64,000 nt of DNA from the IMG/VR virus record IMGVR_UViG_2708742418_000007, positions 1,077-65,076 of that record; one strand, given 5' to 3'. The DNA comes from a virus (taxonomy: Duplodnaviria; Caudoviricetes). The notes beneath the pieces are model-generated. The model searched no databases. It worked only from the letters and a program-made list of their open reading frames with translations, and was not told where the DNA came from. A program made the position numbers and the translations under genes. Below, piece after piece: positions 36,357 to 45,739 of this stretch (position 1 is its first letter; each line of letters begins with the position of its first letter).

Positions 36357-36679
36357 CACGCCACCGCCTTTCCAGCATCGCTTGTGCGGACGAGCCGATA
36401 GCCGCAGCCCCAGCGGTTTTCGATCGTCCATCCACTGCTCGCCAGTTTCTTTTTGGCCTTGTGGATCAAGATCTGAATAGAGTTGGGGGCAGCCAACGGT
36501 CCGCCGTCCGGACGGTCGCTGTAGACCTTGTCCGCCAGCACGTTTTTATCCTGGAACCGTTGGCCCGTAGCAACCAGGGCTTCGATCAGGCGGCGCTCCA
36601 GGTTCGTGAACCTGGTTAGATCGATGGTACTGTAGTCCGTGCGCTGCTGGCCGCAGCATGGGCAGAAAAGCGATGTCAT
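36356..36679 (-). CDS. Winged-helix DNA-binding protein
   Basis: CPCCG, VYSDRPDGGP, IENRWGCGYRL. Confidence 0.75.
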   Translation of the reverse strand: MTSLFCPCCGQQRTDYSTIDLTRFTNLERRLIEALVATGQRFQDKNVLADKVYSDRPDGGPLAAPNSIQILIHKAKKKLASSGWTIENRWGCGYRLVRTSDAGKAVA

Positions 36680-37050
36680 TTCGCACCGCCTTCCGGCCCG
36701 CAGCTCGCGGCAATGATGTTCTGGTACATCGACAGCGGCCCATATCTGTAGCCGGAGAGTGTCACCGCGCAGTCTGCGCCGATCCGGATGCTGGCATAGA
36801 CACTGCCGGCCCGGAAATGCCCGTTCCATAGGCTGTCCTGCACGACATAGAGTTCATCCTCCGCGTAGACGAAGTTGGTATACGAGGAAGATGTATTGCC
36901 ATCGCGATCGGTGCTGATCTTCATCAGCCGCTCCTTGTTCACAATGTGGATTGTCTTGGTCTCGATATGCGAAGAAATCTGGTAGTCCGCGATACCGACG
37001 ATGACGGCGAGCGTCGAAATCAAAACTGCGGAAATCGCCTTGGTGTTCAT
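36676..37050 (-). CDS. Hypothetical membrane-anchored protein
   Basis: N-terminal TM; coupled ORF. Confidence 0.7.
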   Translation of the reverse strand: MNTKAISAVLISTLAVIVGIADYQISSHIETKTIHIVNKERLMKISTDRDGNTSSSYTNFVYAEDELYVVQDSLWNGHFRAGSVYASIRIGADCAVTLSGYRYGPLSMYQNIIAASCGPEGGAK

Positions 37051-37313
37051 GCCGCACCGCCTTTTCCAGAGCCCTCGGCCGTTCGCTCCTGCCCGTTGAG
37101 CACAGTGCGAATTCGGTTCGCCTCGCGCTCCAGCGCTTGAATGATCCCCATGGCTTCAAGCCGCGAAGTGCCGGTGCTGACAGACCGCGCCATCATGACG
37201 TTTCTGCCTCTCACGGCGATCCCGAGGACGTGGATGCGGACGTCAGGTGCCTCCATGAGGAGACGGGCGGCATCAAGCTGGCCCTCAAAGTTCTTTTCGA
37301 AAGACGATGTCAT
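37047..37313 (-). CDS. Hypothetical protein
   Basis: Bounded by repeated RBS/ATGA junctions. Confidence 0.65.
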   Translation of the reverse strand: MTSSFEKNFEGQLDAARLLMEAPDVRIHVLGIAVRGRNVMMARSVSTGTSRLEAMGIIQALEREANRIRTVLNGQERTAEGSGKGGAA

Positions 37314-37963
37314 GCCGCACCGCCTTTCCGGGCGCGGATGCGTCGGCCGAATTCGTTGTTGACGCTCTGCCAGTCCTTTGCCGTCAGCTGCTGCAGGGTG
37401 CCCTTGGTGGCGGAATAGGCCACCACCTCGGCATCGAACCGCTTGCGCACCATGATATCCGCGCCTGGATGCAGGATCTTCCACTGCGCCCAGGCCACTT
37501 TTGCGCCATCCTGGCGCAGCCAGTCATAGCCGTTGAGGTTGCCGTACATCACGCCGGCCTCGCGCTTCAGCCAGCCTTTCAGGCCTTCGATCGCCGCCGC
37601 AGCATCGTCCGGATAGTGGAGGAAACGCGTATGATCGAGGCCGGTCTGCCGGTTGACGAAGGCGAGCAGCGCCGCATCCGTGCGGTCGCTGATGACGCCG
37701 AGATTGTAGCCGGCGATCCACAGCGCCTGCAGCTTTTTGGCATACTTCCCCTGAAGCCCCTTTTGGAAACCCTTTCGAGATCCGTTCGAAGCCGGCTTGA
37801 AGCCTTCGTTGCGAAACACCGTCAGCACGGTCTGCCGCTCGGCCTCGGTCATGTCCTTGGCCGAGGCCTTGCCGGTCAGCTTGTTGAGCTTGTCCCGGTA
37901 CGTGTCATCGTCCAGGCCGAGCTGTTTCTTGGCCACATGCAGGGCCGCGAGAGAGGAGGTCAT
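37310..37963 (-). CDS. gemA: GemA / Mu gp16 (DUF1018)
   Basis: LHVAKKQLGLDDDTYR..TGKASAKDM, IEGLKGW. Confidence 0.9.
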   Translation of the reverse strand: MTSSLAALHVAKKQLGLDDDTYRDKLNKLTGKASAKDMTEAERQTVLTVFRNEGFKPASNGSRKGFQKGLQGKYAKKLQALWIAGYNLGVISDRTDAALLAFVNRQTGLDHTRFLHYPDDAAAAIEGLKGWLKREAGVMYGNLNGYDWLRQDGAKVAWAQWKILHPGADIMVRKRFDAEVVAYSATKGTLQQLTAKDWQSVNNEFGRRIRARKGGAA

Positions 37964-38076
37964 TTTACCCCCCTCTGGATCGCCCGGCACTGGCCGGCAT
38001 CCACCACGAAATTCGTGCCCGTGATGATCATACCGAGGGTCAGCAGGCCGAGCAGGAAATATCCGCCATAGGTCAT
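37960..38076 (-). CDS. Small hydrophobic protein (38 aa)
   Basis: MTYGGYFLLGLLTLGMII; ATGA-coupled on both sides. Confidence 0.5.
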   Translation of the reverse strand: MTYGGYFLLGLLTLGMIITGTNFVVDAGQCRAIQRGVK

Positions 38077-38396
38077 ACTGCACCTGCCTTCCGCTCTGCC
38101 TTGCTTTTCGGCTGCGGCACGTATGGATTGATGGATGGCAATACGACGCCGCAGATCTGCGCGGCCTTCAGAGCCGCTACCGCGCGTCGGCGATAGCCAT
38201 CATGAATGGGGCGGTTCCTGCGGTTATCCCAGCTATCACGCTCGCGCCCGATGGTATCGCCAAGCGTCCGGTTGCCCTGCGCGTCGAGCCTTGCAATGGC
38301 CTCCAGATTGAACGTCTCGTCCTGGTCGAAGATGGCCTTGGCAACGATATCGACGAGATCGGACGGAAAGGAATGCGGTTCCATGAATTTTTCCAT
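38073..38396 (-). CDS. Hypothetical protein
   Basis: GGGAGAGAG RBS before ATG 38396. Confidence 0.65.
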   Translation of the reverse strand: MEKFMEPHSFPSDLVDIVAKAIFDQDETFNLEAIARLDAQGNRTLGDTIGRERDSWDNRRNRPIHDGYRRRAVAALKAAQICGVVLPSINPYVPQPKSKAERKAGAV

Positions 38397-38407
38397 CTCT
38401 CTCTCCC

Positions 38408-38947
38408 TCACGCCTTCATGCCGTTCGGCGCATCGATCTCGATCGGCTCGATCACGAAATCCTCGCCTTCGGATGTGATGGTGACGCCGGCGATCGTGCG
38501 GGCCTTGTCGGGGTCGGCCAGCATCGCCTCCTTGTTCAATTCCTCCTTCGTCCGCAGGAATTGCGTCAGCCCGAGCTTCTTGCAGCCTTCGATCACGGCT
38601 TCCAGGCCGCGCACCGAAACCTTGGGCGGGCGCAGACGCCAGTTGATCCGGCCCGTGCCGAAATCGTGGTACTTCACCTTGCCATCGACGGTGAGCGCCA
38701 GGCGGTTTGCCTCGCACCAGGTCTGCAGGCCCCGTTCGTGGTCCGTAAGTTCTGCCATCAGGTCGGCGGTTGCCTTTTCCAGCGCTTCGCCGGCAGCCTT
38801 CACGGCCTCGTCGGCAATGGCCTTGTGGTGGGCGATCTCGCGGCGCAGCGTGCCGATCCGGCCGACGGCCCAGACGGCATCCTCGCGGCTCTGCGGCACG
38901 CGGGACATCGCCTTCGTCTTGTTCTTGAGCGCAGTCTTCATCGTCAT
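38408..38947 (-). CDS. gam: Host-nuclease inhibitor Gam
   Basis: WCEANR, GRINWRLRPPKV, RTKEELNKEAML, EDFVIEP. Confidence 0.93.
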   Translation of the reverse strand: MTMKTALKNKTKAMSRVPQSREDAVWAVGRIGTLRREIAHHKAIADEAVKAAGEALEKATADLMAELTDHERGLQTWCEANRLALTVDGKVKYHDFGTGRINWRLRPPKVSVRGLEAVIEGCKKLGLTQFLRTKEELNKEAMLADPDKARTIAGVTITSEGEDFVIEPIEIDAPNGMKA

Positions 38948-39231
38948 GACTTCCTGTTCAAAAGGTGGGCTTTGCGCAGACCGCGCACGGCGGCCATCAG
39001 TGCATCACGGGCGCCGGGCTCGCCGACGGTGTGCGTGACGCGCTCCAGGTGATCGATCGCGGCAACGACGCGCTCGATTGAGGCTTTGACGGCATCATTG
39101 GTGGGCCGCACCTTGAGGCGCGGCGCTGACTTGTCGACAAGGCGCTGGTGCACCATGAACCCCACCGCATCCGCGATGCGCGACAGCGGGATCGGCACCT
39201 CGACCAGCACGGTGACATGCTCCTCGCTCAT
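38944..39231 (-). CDS. Hypothetical protein
   Basis: Coupled ORF in the early operon. Confidence 0.65.
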   Translation of the reverse strand: MSEEHVTVLVEVPIPLSRIADAVGFMVHQRLVDKSAPRLKVRPTNDAVKASIERVVAAIDHLERVTHTVGEPGARDALMAAVRGLRKAHLLNRKS

Positions 39232-39536
39232 GCCGCATCACCTCCGTCGGGGCCGGGATTGACGACGACAAAGCGTCGGCCGGGTTTTGGCGGGAAAGGG
39301 ATCACGGTGCCGGTGCGCCCATCCAGAACAGGGGCGACCTTGCGGCCTCGCATCATCAGGATGCGGCGCTTGAGGATCTCGTGATCCTGTTCAATCTCGA
39401 TGCCGAGCGCCCGGATGGTATGAATGGCCTTTACGAGAAAGCGCACATCCTCGGCTCGGAGCGTTAGGCCGCTTTCCATATGCGGCTCCAGAAATTTCGC
39501 CAGCCCTCTCGCATAATTGGAAATGGTCTCGGTCAT
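39228..39536 (-). CDS. Hypothetical protein
   Basis: Coupled ORF, AAGGAG RBS. Confidence 0.65.
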   Translation of the reverse strand: MTETISNYARGLAKFLEPHMESGLTLRAEDVRFLVKAIHTIRALGIEIEQDHEILKRRILMMRGRKVAPVLDGRTGTVIPFPPKPGRRFVVVNPGPDGGDAA

Positions 39537-39838
39537 GACCGGTCTCCTTTCGGACCGCGCCCGAAGCTGGGACGGATGATCTTGTCGTCATCCTTTTCGC
39601 GATGCATGCGGATGATTTCCGCCGAATGCTGGTCGACCAGCTCGGCGATGATCACCTTGCCCTGCCGTGCGGCCTCGGCCAGCCGGTGGATCTCCAGCTC
39701 CCGTTCCTGCAGCGCGACGAGCTGCGCCAGATGCGCCACGAAGCGGCCCGTTTCCCGCAGCTCGTCGATGGCGACGGGCCGGGGGCGGGAGAGGAAATCG
39801 GTCGCAATGGCCGATAGTTCTTTCGAGGCGATCAGCAT
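39533..39838 (-). CDS. Hypothetical protein
   Basis: TGATG overlap with the B gene. Confidence 0.65.
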   Translation of the reverse strand: MLIASKELSAIATDFLSRPRPVAIDELRETGRFVAHLAQLVALQERELEIHRLAEAARQGKVIIAELVDQHSAEIIRMHREKDDDKIIRPSFGRGPKGDRS

Positions 39839-40863
39839 CAGGCGATCTCCTCTACGTCGCGGTTCTGCCAGGCGGCTTTCACATGCGTGATGGAGAGCGG
39901 CTGGCCGCCTCCCTCCGCCGCCATGAAGGCCAGCTTCGCGGTCTTGTCGATCTGGCCAAGCGCACCACCCTTGAGGCCGATGCCGGTCAGGAACTTCACG
40001 CATTCCGGATCGGTGATACCCCAGGCCGCGATATAGGCCTGCAGGTCTTCCAGATAGGGCTTGGCGCGGTTGAGGCGCTTGCCGATGCGGCGCTTGAGCT
40101 GTGCATAGGAAGGGCCTCCGGCGCTGCGGCCGAACCGGGTATAGACCTCGTCATTGCCCACCAGCGCGATGCCGCACTGATAGATGTCCATGAAGTGGCG
40201 CAGCTGATTGATCGCGTCATCGACGAGGTTCTGCGCTTCGTCCACGATCAGCAGCGAGCCGCCGCCAATGCGGCCAAGCTTGGCGCCGATGGCGCGGGTG
40301 AGCCGTGCCGGGTTGTTTTCCTTGACCTCAAGTTCCGCCGCAAGCTCCACGAGCATGCCGTGCACCGTCTTGGTGTGCGGGGTAATCGTGGCGTGGTAGA
40401 CATGCGGACGGGTGGCCGCATAGGTGCGGCAGGCCATGGTCTTGCCCATGCCGGCGCCGACGGTGATCATCACCATATCCGCCGTGGTCTGTGCCCAGGA
40501 CAGCGTGTCAAAGATCTCGCGCGAAAGGCGGGTATTGATGAAGAGCGGCGATTGGCGGATGTTGGAGACCACATCGGATGCCTCGAAAAAGGCATGCAGC
40601 CACTGCTCGGCCATCCGGTTATAGGTTTCCAGCCGGCCCAGATAGGCCCCGGAAAACCACTGGCTGAAGGTGGATACCTCCATGCCCATGCGCCGCCCGA
40701 CCTCGGATTTGCCAAAGCCGTTTTCGCTGGCGATCGCCGCAACCTTTCCCGTCAGCTGCCGCCAGATCTCGACGTCGTCGGCGGAATGCTTGGCGATAAA
40801 CTTCTCGCTGGGCTCCGGCCGATCCCATCCGCTGGCCGGGCTTGTGATGATATGCTGGTTCAT
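39838..40863 (-). CDS. MuB-like transposition AAA+ ATPase
   Basis: N-terminal HTH, GAGMGKT, LLIVDEAQNL, ALVGN. Confidence 0.95.
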   Translation of the reverse strand: MNQHIITSPASGWDRPEPSEKFIAKHSADDVEIWRQLTGKVAAIASENGFGKSEVGRRMGMEVSTFSQWFSGAYLGRLETYNRMAEQWLHAFFEASDVVSNIRQSPLFINTRLSREIFDTLSWAQTTADMVMITVGAGMGKTMACRTYAATRPHVYHATITPHTKTVHGMLVELAAELEVKENNPARLTRAIGAKLGRIGGGSLLIVDEAQNLVDDAINQLRHFMDIYQCGIALVGNDEVYTRFGRSAGGPSYAQLKRRIGKRLNRAKPYLEDLQAYIAAWGITDPECVKFLTGIGLKGGALGQIDKTAKLAFMAAEGGGQPLSITHVKAAWQNRDVEEIA

Positions 40864-40978
40864 TTATGGTTCCTCTTGTGTGGCCCTTTCGGGCGTTTGG
40901 CGGGCGGGATTTCCATTCCCGCCCTCTTTTTTTGTCGGAACCGTACGCACTACATGTCGGCTCATTCGCTCCCCGGCA

Positions 40979-42961
40979 TCACGCGCCGGAGCCATTCCCC
41001 TTCGGGAATTCCAGGATCGAGGCGCCGCCGCTGAGGCGGGCGAGCCCTCGTGAAAAGGCGTCTTCGAATTCTTCGGGACTGAGGCTCTGTTCGGCCTTCA
41101 CCGCCAGATTGCCGCTCTGGCTGGGCACCAGCCGCGTCACCACCGGCCGCATCGGTTCCGGTGCGCTGGCGGGCGCGTCGCCACGGCTGTAGATCTCGGC
41201 AAGCTGATCGGGCGAGAACACCACTTCGGCATCGCGCAGTTCCCGCACCTTCTTCTGATAATCGGACCGGCGTCGGGCGTGCTGGCGTGCTGCGGCCTGG
41301 TCGTTATGGCCGGTGTCGTCGATGCACTCGGCCCGGCAGATCAGGCGATTGTCGAGGTCGTAGACGTGGATCGGATCGTGCAGCCGGTCCGGATCGAACC
41401 TGAGCGTCACCTTGTCGCCCGCATGCTGGTTGAGCAGCGGAGACCAGTAGCGGTTGCCCTGGAAGTGAACCTCGCCGGACCCCTTCTGCAGGGTGACGAT
41501 GTCGGAGGCGAGCAGCCAGAGCGCCTTCTGTGCAGCGGTCGGCCAGCGTACGATTGTCGTCGGCTCGGCCAGGGAGGCGGCAAAGGTCTCGTCGAAGCTG
41601 CGGCCGGCGCAGGCCTTGGCTTTCCGCCCTGCCTGGGCATTGTGCTCGGCGATGCGCTCTGCAACATGCCGCTGGAAATCGGCCAGCGGAATGGCGCGGC
41701 TGGCATAGTTCTCCGGCTTGGCGTCCGGCTTGTTGCCAGTATAGGCGCCGGCCACGGCGGGATGACGCGAGATCACGTCCGTCAGGTCGCGCCAGGCGCG
41801 CTCGATCGGCTTGGACTGCCCCGCATAGGGCGTGGTCCATGTCACCTCGATCCCGAGCGTCGTCAGAAGCCCCATCGGCTCTTCTTCGCGCACCTTGAAC
41901 CGGAAGCGCTTTTTCATCTGGCCGGTGATCCACTTGGAGGCGAAAGCCCGGCCGTTATCGAGATAGATGCCATCCGGGATGCCATAGGTCTCGACCATGT
42001 CGCCGATCGTCAGCCGCACCACTTCCCAGGTCTCGGCGTCGGACAGCCGATGCGCGATGATCTTGCCGCTGAAAAGGTCCTGGATGCCCACGAGGTACAT
42101 GCGCACCGGCTTGTTCGACCAGGGCACCCGCACGAAGACATCCAGCTTATGGCCGTCCATGTTGACGAGTTGCATGGCGTGCAGGTGCAACCGGCTGCGG
42201 CGCTGGGCGGGATAAAGCCCCTTGGCCTTGTCCTTGCCTTCGCGGCAAAGCACCTGCACGGACTTCGGAACCTTGGCGTCAAAATGCCGGCGCAGTGTCC
42301 GCTCGGAAGGGATCGGTGCCCATCCTTCGCGCTTTGCGGTTTTCTCCATGCGGCGGTAGCAGGCGGAGAAGCTCGGCTTTTCCGGGCGCAGGAAGTCGCT
42401 TTTCAGAATGTCCCAGGCCATGGGATGGCAGAGCGTCTCTTCCGGAACGACACCATTGGCCGATCCTGTCGAAGGCGCGAGTGCAGCCAGCCAGTCATCA
42501 GGGTCAAGCCCGTGCACAAGCTGGCGCCATTCGTAATAGGCGCTCTTGGCAACACCCGCCTCGTGCGTGGCAACGGCGATGGCTGAGGTGCGATTGACAC
42601 CGGTGCGGCGCACCAGATCCTCGACACGGCGCAGCACGCCGAGGCGCTTTTCACAGAGCGCTTTATAGGCCTTCGAAAGCTGGTTGAACCGGTTCCAGAG
42701 CGCGTTCTTGCGAGCGATCAGCGCTTTCGGCGTCTCATTCAGCGATGATGCCTTATCGGCCAATTCCAGCTGCAGACGCGCGGCTTCGGGCAGCAGCGAC
42801 ACATGGTATTCGTAGCCGCCGCCGCGTCCGGCCCGCTTGCGTGCGAGATCCGTGGCGCGCCAGCCGTTTTCGGCAACAAGATACTCAATGCCTTTACGCG
42901 TGTGCGGCAAGTCAGGCAGCTTGGCCTTTTCAAGTTCCGCAGATGTAAACCACTCCTTCAT
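40979..42961 (-). CDS. MuA-like DDE transposase
   Basis: KEWFT..GRGGGYEYH Mu DNA-binding domain; NMDGH, YLDNG and SKPIER (DDE). Confidence 0.96.
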   Translation of the reverse strand: MKEWFTSAELEKAKLPDLPHTRKGIEYLVAENGWRATDLARKRAGRGGGYEYHVSLLPEAARLQLELADKASSLNETPKALIARKNALWNRFNQLSKAYKALCEKRLGVLRRVEDLVRRTGVNRTSAIAVATHEAGVAKSAYYEWRQLVHGLDPDDWLAALAPSTGSANGVVPEETLCHPMAWDILKSDFLRPEKPSFSACYRRMEKTAKREGWAPIPSERTLRRHFDAKVPKSVQVLCREGKDKAKGLYPAQRRSRLHLHAMQLVNMDGHKLDVFVRVPWSNKPVRMYLVGIQDLFSGKIIAHRLSDAETWEVVRLTIGDMVETYGIPDGIYLDNGRAFASKWITGQMKKRFRFKVREEEPMGLLTTLGIEVTWTTPYAGQSKPIERAWRDLTDVISRHPAVAGAYTGNKPDAKPENYASRAIPLADFQRHVAERIAEHNAQAGRKAKACAGRSFDETFAASLAEPTTIVRWPTAAQKALWLLASDIVTLQKGSGEVHFQGNRYWSPLLNQHAGDKVTLRFDPDRLHDPIHVYDLDNRLICRAECIDDTGHNDQAAARQHARRRSDYQKKVRELRDAEVVFSPDQLAEIYSRGDAPASAPEPMRPVVTRLVPSQSGNLAVKAEQSLSPEEFEDAFSRGLARLSGGASILEFPKGNGSGA

Positions 42962-43110
42962 GCCAGCACCCAGGCGAGAAAGATGATGCTGACGAAAAAG
43001 CCAAGGGCAGGCATCATGATTGCGCGCGGCGGTATGCGCACGCCATAGATGGCGACGGACACGTTGAGAGCGCCAATAATGATGACCACCAGCAGCAGCA
43101 TAACGCTCAT
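42958..43110 (-). CDS. Small two-TM membrane protein
   Basis: MSVMLLLVVIIIGAL..FFVSIIFLAWVLA; ATGA overlap with A. Confidence 0.55.
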   Translation of the reverse strand: MSVMLLLVVIIIGALNVSVAIYGVRIPPRAIMMPALGFFVSIIFLAWVLA

Positions 43111-43111
43111 G

Positions 43112-43309
43112 TCATTGCCCCTTCCTGGTCTGAATGGCGGCGCGGATCTCTGCCTCGTGCTGCGCGACCCAGCGCAGCGTGTCTGAAACCGCCCGCAGCT
43201 GGTCGATCAGCAGGCCGCGCGTGGCCTGGCTGCTGGCGACGATGGAAAACTGGCCGTTCACGATGGCATCGACCGCGCCGATCTGGCTCTTGAGCGAAAC
43301 CTTGGCCAT
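43112..43309 (-). CDS. Hypothetical protein
   Basis: Coupled ORF. Confidence 0.65.
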   Translation of the reverse strand: MAKVSLKSQIGAVDAIVNGQFSIVASSQATRGLLIDQLRAVSDTLRWVAQHEAEIRAAIQTRKGQ

Positions 43310-43773
43310 CAGCGCCCCCTGCTGAGCTTGACGGGCCGTGCCTTCAGGTCCCGCAGCAGCGCCTTGATGCGCTCCTGCTCCTGCTGCAGCAGGGCGATTT
43401 CCGCGAGGCGCGCCTCGTCACCAATCAGGAGCGTGGCGCCCTGGTCGGCCATCGCCTCATCCCATAGCCAGATCGCACCGGTGGCATGCACAAAGGCTGC
43501 AAACCGCACCAGAGTGATGTCGTGCCCGGTCTTGCTCTCGGCCGTGTAGGCATCGAGCATGCCCCGGCTGATGGACGGCAGACCGAGGTAAAGCGCCATG
43601 CGCTCGGCAATGGTCTCCCGGTCATGCGGGCATTCGCGGATGGCGCGCGCCATCGCCCGCTTCAGGCGGGCGCGGAACCGCTCGATGTCGATGCTGTGGG
43701 CCGCCGTGCGGCTGGGAAATGTCGGCTGACGAAAGAAATCCAATTGCCCTGGATCGGCCTTGCGCGCGCTCAT
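43309..43773 (-). CDS. Hypothetical phage regulatory protein
   Basis: RETIAERM..ISRGMLDAYTAES, HTH-like. Confidence 0.7.
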   Translation of the reverse strand: MSARKADPGQLDFFRQPTFPSRTAAHSIDIERFRARLKRAMARAIRECPHDRETIAERMALYLGLPSISRGMLDAYTAESKTGHDITLVRFAAFVHATGAIWLWDEAMADQGATLLIGDEARLAEIALLQQEQERIKALLRDLKARPVKLSRGR

Positions 43774-44633
43774 GACGAAGCCCTCGCCAGAAGCTCTTTG
43801 ACCTGCCGGGCAAGCGCCGCGTCGGCGCCGGCTTCGATCAGGCGATCCATGATGAACAGGCTGCGCGTCGTGTCATCGGCCTTCTGCCAGCCGGACATGA
43901 GTTCGGCCTTTGCCGCATCCTGCTTGTCCAGCGATGTCGGCTTCGGCTTGGGCGGCGCCAGCGCGGACAGCACCTTTGGCAGGTCCGCCTCGTCGAGCCC
44001 GGCGGCAATCTTGGCCTGTTCAGTGGGGCCGCGCTTGGAGAGATCGAGAAGCACGGACTGGTTATCGGCAGCCGGCGTGCCGCGCAGCTTTTCCCGCAGT
44101 TTCGGCGTCAGGTTCTGTGCGATCTTGTTGAGGCGCTCGACAGATCGCTTGGAAAGCCCCATACGATCAGCCACATGAACCGAGAAACTTCCCTTTTCAG
44201 CCTCCTCGGCAAATAATTGCGACAAGTTGGCGCGATTTCCGGGGCGCCCCGGCTCTACCTTGCCAAACTTCGCTTCCCAGATATCCCGATAGGACTGTAC
44301 GAAGATCGCCCGGTCCATGACCGAAAGCTCGTTGCGAAAGATGTTCTCGACAATCTCGACGAGCTGCGCCTCTTCCTTGTCGGCCGTGATCACGATGGCG
44401 TCGATCTCGCTGTCTTCATTGATCTTCACCGCCCGCAGACGGTGCGCGCCGGCCACCAGCGTAAACGGTGTTGCGCCCTTGCCGGCAGCCGGCGTGGCGC
44501 GCACGGTGATCGGGTTCAACAGCCCGTGTTCGACGATCGATTGTGCGATTGCCAGCGCATGCTCTTCCTCGACGGTGCGCAACCGCTCCGGAACGGCGAT
44601 CTGGTCAATGGATATGCGTTTGAATTCGGCCAT
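43770..44633 (-). CDS. ParB-like protein
   Basis: GLLNPI, LVAGAHRLRA, EIVENIFRNEL. Confidence 0.9.
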   Translation of the reverse strand: MAEFKRISIDQIAVPERLRTVEEEHALAIAQSIVEHGLLNPITVRATPAAGKGATPFTLVAGAHRLRAVKINEDSEIDAIVITADKEEAQLVEIVENIFRNELSVMDRAIFVQSYRDIWEAKFGKVEPGRPGNRANLSQLFAEEAEKGSFSVHVADRMGLSKRSVERLNKIAQNLTPKLREKLRGTPAADNQSVLLDLSKRGPTEQAKIAAGLDEADLPKVLSALAPPKPKPTSLDKQDAAKAELMSGWQKADDTTRSLFIMDRLIEAGADAALARQVKELLARASS

Positions 44634-44989
44634 CAGGCTGCCTCGCTCTCGGTAAGCCGCAGGGCCAACAGGGCGTGCGAGCGCTCGGCCATGCTGCGGT
44701 AATGCGTTTCAAAACGGGGGGTGATCAGGCGCTCGTCGATGGTGCGCAGCGCTCGATTGATCGCCTCGCGCGACCGGTCCTCGGTTTCCACCACGCGGCG
44801 CTTCGGCCAATCGTGCTGGCGCACCATCAGGTGCATGACGATCTGGCGCGCCAGTGCCGCATCGAACCAGTGGTGCGGTGGGTCGAGGATCTCGCGGATC
44901 GCAAGATGCGGAAAACCTTCCTGCACGGCCACCACGCAGGCATGCAGCGTGGCCTCGTACATTTGGCCCTGGTCGAACCGGTTGATCAT
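44633..44989 (-). CDS. Hypothetical protein (HTH-like)
   Basis: ALARQIVMHL; coupled ORF. Confidence 0.65.
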   Translation of the reverse strand: MINRFDQGQMYEATLHACVVAVQEGFPHLAIREILDPPHHWFDAALARQIVMHLMVRQHDWPKRRVVETEDRSREAINRALRTIDERLITPRFETHYRSMAERSHALLALRLTESEAA

Positions 44990-45141
44990 GACAGAACCTG
45001 CCGCAGCAGGGCGGCCACTGCTGCCGCGAGGCCGAAGAGCGCGACGCTGAACAAAAGCGCTGTATCGGCCGCGCGGCAGATGGGCGACGCGGCGGGAATG
45101 AACGGGTTTTGGGTGTCAGATTTTCCGTGACGTTTCGTCAT
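44986..45141 (-). CDS. Small membrane protein
   Basis: C-terminal TM; ATGA overlap. Confidence 0.45.
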   Translation of the reverse strand: MTKRHGKSDTQNPFIPAASPICRAADTALLFSVALFGLAAAVAALLRQVLS

Positions 45142-45293
45142 TGGATTGCCGGTCAAAATGGGGAAAGTGGAAGGCGTGGAGCGGCCAGTTCTGTCCGTCA
45201 GCCGGGGCTTGATGGACGAGATCGAAGCCCTGCCGGTAGGGGTGACCCGGCGCCGGATGGCAAAGGCTAGAACGGCAGGCTGGCCGCTCCACA

Positions 45294-45626
45294 TCACGCG
45301 GCCGCCTGGGCCGGCGATGCCAGACGGCGATCGCGCATCGTCGATCGCTGATAATTCTCCGGCGGCTGCGGCGTCTTGCGTCGGCCATCGGCGTGGTAGC
45401 GGGTGCGCCAGAGAAACTCCGGTCGCGTCTTCAGGATGGCGGCAATGGCGCGCTCACCGGCAACGTTCGGTTCGCGCAACGTGGTTCCGGCCGTGCCGCG
45501 TGCAAGGCCGTAAAGGCGATCGACATCGAGCAGGCAGTATCCCTGCTTCGTCAGCCTGGCCTTGACGCGGGTGGCCTCTTCGACGCGTGCGTTGGTGGTC
45601 TTGTCCGCCTTGCGGTCGCGATGCAT
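45294..45626 (-). CDS. ner: Ner-like transcriptional regulator
   Basis: VKARL..GERAIAAIL..LWRTRY; divergent from the repressor. Confidence 0.85.
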   Translation of the reverse strand: MHRDRKADKTTNARVEEATRVKARLTKQGYCLLDVDRLYGLARGTAGTTLREPNVAGERAIAAILKTRPEFLWRTRYHADGRRKTPQPPENYQRSTMRDRRLASPAQAAA

Positions 45627-45686
45627 AGTCTTTCCTCGGTTGTGACGAGGGAGGCCCTGGCCGGCCTCCCTTTTCATGGGTGATTT

Positions 45687-45726
45687 GGTCCGTATTTATG
45701 GAGAGGTTAGTCCAAATAAATGGACT
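45687..45726. promoter_or_regulatory. Repressor/ner operators
   Basis: AGTCCA-aataaa-TGGACT (45709-45726) and the variant GGTCCG-tattta-TGGAGA. Confidence 0.65.
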
Positions 45727-45739
45727 TTAGAAGAGGGTT

